Assembly (NCBI GenBank): GCA_964372175.1
Contig: CAYJPP010000004.1
Location: 1-38,932 of the forward strand
Source of the DNA: an uncultured Muribaculaceae bacterium
GTDB lineage: Bacteria > Bacillota_I > Bacilli_A > RF39 > UBA660
Length of the DNA: 38,932 nt
Reading direction: 5' to 3'
The notes below the pieces were generated by a model, which made no database searches, had not been told where the DNA came from, and was given only the letters and a program-made list of their open reading frames with translations. The position numbers and the translations under genes are program-made. This document shows positions 36,233 through 38,932 of the stretch, in pieces (positions within the stretch are counted from its first letter, which is position 1; every line of letters begins with the position of its first letter).

Positions 36233-36255
36233 TATCCAGTTGAAAGAGAGAAATT

Positions 36256-37842
36256 ATGGAAAAAAGTTTTAAAAGTCTAGGATTATCTAGCAAGGTTTTA
36301 AGTGCGATTGAGGCACTTGGTTATAATACTCCTAGTGAAGTACAAAGTGAAATTATCCCGTTAATATTAGAGGGAAGAGATGTGATAGGTCAGGCACAAA
36401 CAGGAACTGGTAAAACATTAGCGTTTGCGTCATCTATCTTATCTAAAATAGATATTAAAAAAAATGTTGTTCAAGCGATTATTTTAACTCCAACAAGAGA
36501 GTTAGCAATTCAAGTATGTGATGAGTTTAAAAATTTAAATGATTCATCAAGTTTTGATTTATTAGCTGTATATGGTGGGGATTCGATTGAAAGACAAATT
36601 AATGCTTTAAGAAAAGGTGTTGATATTGTTGTTGGAACACCTGGTAGGGTACTTGATTTAATTAGAAGAGGTAAATTAAAAATAGCTGATATTAAGTATT
36701 TTGTTTTAGATGAAGCAGATGAAATGTTAAATATGGGATTTATTGAAGATATTGAAGAAGTTTTAAAAGCAACAAATGTTGAAAAACAAATTTTGATGTT
36801 TTCAGCAACTATGCCTAAGCAAATTAAAAGATTAGCTGAAAATTATATGACTGATTCAGTTCATGTTGAAATTAAAAAAGATACTGAAACATCTAACAAT
36901 GTCTCACAGTATTATTGTATGGTTAATGAAAAGCATAAAATAGAAATATTATGTCGTATATTAGATTTTAAAGAGTTATTAAAAACTATTATATTTTGTC
37001 AAACTAAAAAAGAATGTGATGAATTAGTTAATGAGTTACAACACAGAGGGTATTCTGTTGAAGCTATGCACGGAGATATTTCTCAAAATATGAGATTACA
37101 AACCTTAGAAAGATTTAAAAAAGGATCATTTAATTTTTTAATAGCTACTGATGTAGCGGCTAGGGGAATTCATGTTGATGATATTGATTTAGTTATTAAT
37201 TATAGATTATCACGTGAATTTGAAACTTATGTTCATAGAATTGGTAGAACAGGAAGAGCTGGAAAAGTAGGAGAGTCGTTAACTTTAATTACACATAAAG
37301 ATTTAAAATTATTAAGTGAATTAGAAAGATTCACAAAATCTAAATTAACAGAAGTAAATATTCCGACATTTAATGAAATAATAGAAACTAAGTATTTATC
37401 AACTATTGAAAAAAGTAAAAAAGTAGAAAATGTAGATAAAGCTTTAGAGTATGTTAGAGATTTAAATAAAGGGGACTTAATTAATTTAGCAGCTTCATTA
37501 CTTAAATATAATGTTGATAAATCAGTTGGGTCACTACATCAAGAAGATATAGTTGTAAAAGATAAAAGAAGTGGTCAAAAAGTAGATAAACATAAAACAA
37601 GAGTATTTGTTACTGTTGGTAAGAAAGACGGAGTTAAAAAAGGTAGTTTATTAGATTATCTAAAAAAAGAAACTAATCTTAACAAAGACAACTTTACTAA
37701 TATTGAAGTTTTAAATACTTATACTTTTATTGATATTGATAAAAAAGTAGTTGATAAATTTATAAAATTAATGAAAAATAAAAGATATAATGGTAGAGAA
37801 GTGAGAATTGAAATATCTAAAAAAAGTAATAAAAATAAATAA
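36256..37842 (+). CDS. DEAD-box ATP-dependent RNA helicase with DbpA/YxiN-type C-terminal RNA-binding domain
   Basis: Q-motif region, AQTGTGKT, DEAD, SAT and HRIGRTGRAG. The C-terminal about 75 aa resemble the DbpA RNA-binding domain. Confidence 0.9.
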   Translation: MEKSFKSLGLSSKVLSAIEALGYNTPSEVQSEIIPLILEGRDVIGQAQTGTGKTLAFASSILSKIDIKKNVVQAIILTPTRELAIQVCDEFKNLNDSSSFDLLAVYGGDSIERQINALRKGVDIVVGTPGRVLDLIRRGKLKIADIKYFVLDEADEMLNMGFIEDIEEVLKATNVEKQILMFSATMPKQIKRLAENYMTDSVHVEIKKDTETSNNVSQYYCMVNEKHKIEILCRILDFKELLKTIIFCQTKKECDELVNELQHRGYSVEAMHGDISQNMRLQTLERFKKGSFNFLIATDVAARGIHVDDIDLVINYRLSREFETYVHRIGRTGRAGKVGESLTLITHKDLKLLSELERFTKSKLTEVNIPTFNEIIETKYLSTIEKSKKVENVDKALEYVRDLNKGDLINLAASLLKYNVDKSVGSLHQEDIVVKDKRSGQKVDKHKTRVFVTVGKKDGVKKGSLLDYLKKETNLNKDNFTNIEVLNTYTFIDIDKKVVDKFIKLMKNKRYNGREVRIEISKKSNKNK

Positions 37843-37846
37843 TTTT

Positions 37847-37873
37847 GAACTATATTAAATAGTTCTTTTTTTT
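37847..37873 (+). terminator. intrinsic terminator after the helicase gene
   Basis: GAACTAT / ATAGTTC stem with ATTAA loop, then a T8 run. Confidence 0.75.
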
Positions 37874-37899
37874 ATTTATAACAATAAATTTAAATAGAG

Positions 37900-38932
37900 G
37901 TGAGCGGTATTAAAAGATTACTTTTATTTAGTATTGTTTTTATATGTATTATTGGTTTAATTATGGTTTATTCGTCTTCTTATATATGGGCAGAGTATAA
38001 ATTTGATGATGCCTTTAAATTCGTTAAAAATCAAGGACTATTTTTTATTATAGGGTTATTTATGATGTTATTTATAAGTAAAATAGATTATAATTTATAT
38101 GAGAGAAAATCAAAATTAATCTTATTTATTTGTGTAATGTTATTGATATTAGTTTTAATACCAGGGATAGGAACTATTAGAAATGGGTCTAGAAGTTGGT
38201 TTGGGTTAGGTTCTTTTGGAATTCAACCTTCTGAATTTGCTAAATTAGGGTTAATTATATTTACAGCTAAGTATTTAGCTAATAAAGAAAAAATCAAATC
38301 ATTAAAAAGTGTTTTACCAGTTTTATTATTAGTATTACTAGTTTTTGGATTAATTATGTTACAACCAGATTTTGGAACCGGAATAATAATTGTGATAAGT
38401 GTTATAGGTATGCTTTTTATATCAGGTGTTGATATGAAGTATTTTATTAGTATGGGAATATTAGGAATAACTTTAATAGTAGGACTTATTATAGCAGCCC
38501 CTTATCGTTTAGAAAGAATTATGTCTTATTTAAATCCTTGGAGTGATCCACTAGGTTCAGGATTTCAAATAATACAAAGTTTATATGCAATTGGACCTGG
38601 GGGGGTATTTGGGTTTGGTATAGGTAATTCAAGACAAAAACATTTTTATTTACCCGAACCACAAACCGATTTTATATTTTCAATTATATGTGAAGAATTA
38701 GGTTTTTTTGGAGCACTATTAATTATTGTTTTATTTGCAACTATTTGTATAATTGGTTTTAAAATTTCGCGAGAATGTGATAATAAATTTGGCAAGTATT
38801 TATCATTCGGGATAATATTTCAATTATCTTTTCAAGCAATATTAAATTTAATGGTTGTTGTTGGTTTAATACCAGTAACGGGTGTAACGTTACCATTTTT
38901 ATCTTATGGAGGGTCTTCTTTATTAATAACTT
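37900..38932 (+). CDS. ftsW: FtsW/RodA/SpoVE (SEDS) family peptidoglycan glycosyltransferase, 3'-truncated by the window end
   Basis: Absent from the ORF track because no stop is reached. The translation reads ...GSRSWFGLGSFGIQPSEFAKL...EPQTDFIFS...GVTLPFLSYGGSS. The start is uncertain (GTG 37900 or ATT 37909). Confidence 0.85.
   Translation, partial: MSGIKRLLLFSIVFICIIGLIMVYSSSYIWAEYKFDDAFKFVKNQGLFFIIGLFMMLFISKIDYNLYERKSKLILFICVMLLILVLIPGIGTIRNGSRSWFGLGSFGIQPSEFAKLGLIIFTAKYLANKEKIKSLKSVLPVLLLVLLVFGLIMLQPDFGTGIIIVISVIGMLFISGVDMKYFISMGILGITLIVGLIIAAPYRLERIMSYLNPWSDPLGSGFQIIQSLYAIGPGGVFGFGIGNSRQKHFYLPEPQTDFIFSIICEELGFFGALLIIVLFATICIIGFKISRECDNKFGKYLSFGIIFQLSFQAILNLMVVVGLIPVTGVTLPFLSYGGSSLLIT

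Noticed and set aside
34763-36255. Annotating the T5orf172 island as a prophage or integrative element
   Set aside because: I could find no integrase, recombinase, flanking direct repeats or tRNA target. Only the gene content and position are unusual.
1-38932. CRISPR arrays, tRNA/rRNA genes, retron- or DGR-like elements
   Set aside because: No regularly spaced direct repeats, no GC-rich structured segments of tRNA or rRNA type and no reverse transcriptase ORF are visible anywhere in the window.

Overview
Very AT-rich, cell-walled, low-GC Gram-positive (Bacillota-type) chromosome segment. TGA is a stop codon, as shown by the ATGA start/stop overlaps, so this is code 11 despite the Mollicutes-like composition. 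Most of the window is tightly packed core genes. These are topA-DUF1934-argS, rpoE, tsaC, secG, tspO-cls-ABC exporter, the conserved rlmN-stp-prkC-rsgA-rpe block followed by frr and an AI-2E permease, a fragmented division/cell-wall cluster (PBP-mraY on the minus strand, ftsW-like gene on the plus strand) and a DEAD-box helicase. I found no rRNA, tRNA, CRISPR array, transposase or integrase.

The less ordinary parts are:
(a) a split activase plus two DUF2229 subunits at the left edge;
(b) a translationally coupled six-gene operon (7.9-11.8 kb) combining ASCH, a TrpH-like PHP protein, a beta-CASP MBL nuclease and a YaiI/DUF188 protein with two small membrane-anchored proteins;
(c) an orphan hybrid histidine kinase facing a membrane protein/lipoprotein/HTH operon;
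(d) a divergent pair of large peptidoglycan-binding proteins;
(e) a stand-alone JAMM/MPN protein with an intact active site;
(f) an orphan prepilin-like protein with a large FGE-sulfatase-like C-terminal region and codon usage unlike its neighbours;
(g) a two-gene island (T5orf172/GIY-YIG-like gene plus an unknown membrane-hairpin protein) sitting where mraZ-rsmH-ftsL would normally precede the division PBP.

All functional calls come from motif recognition by eye. No database search was possible.
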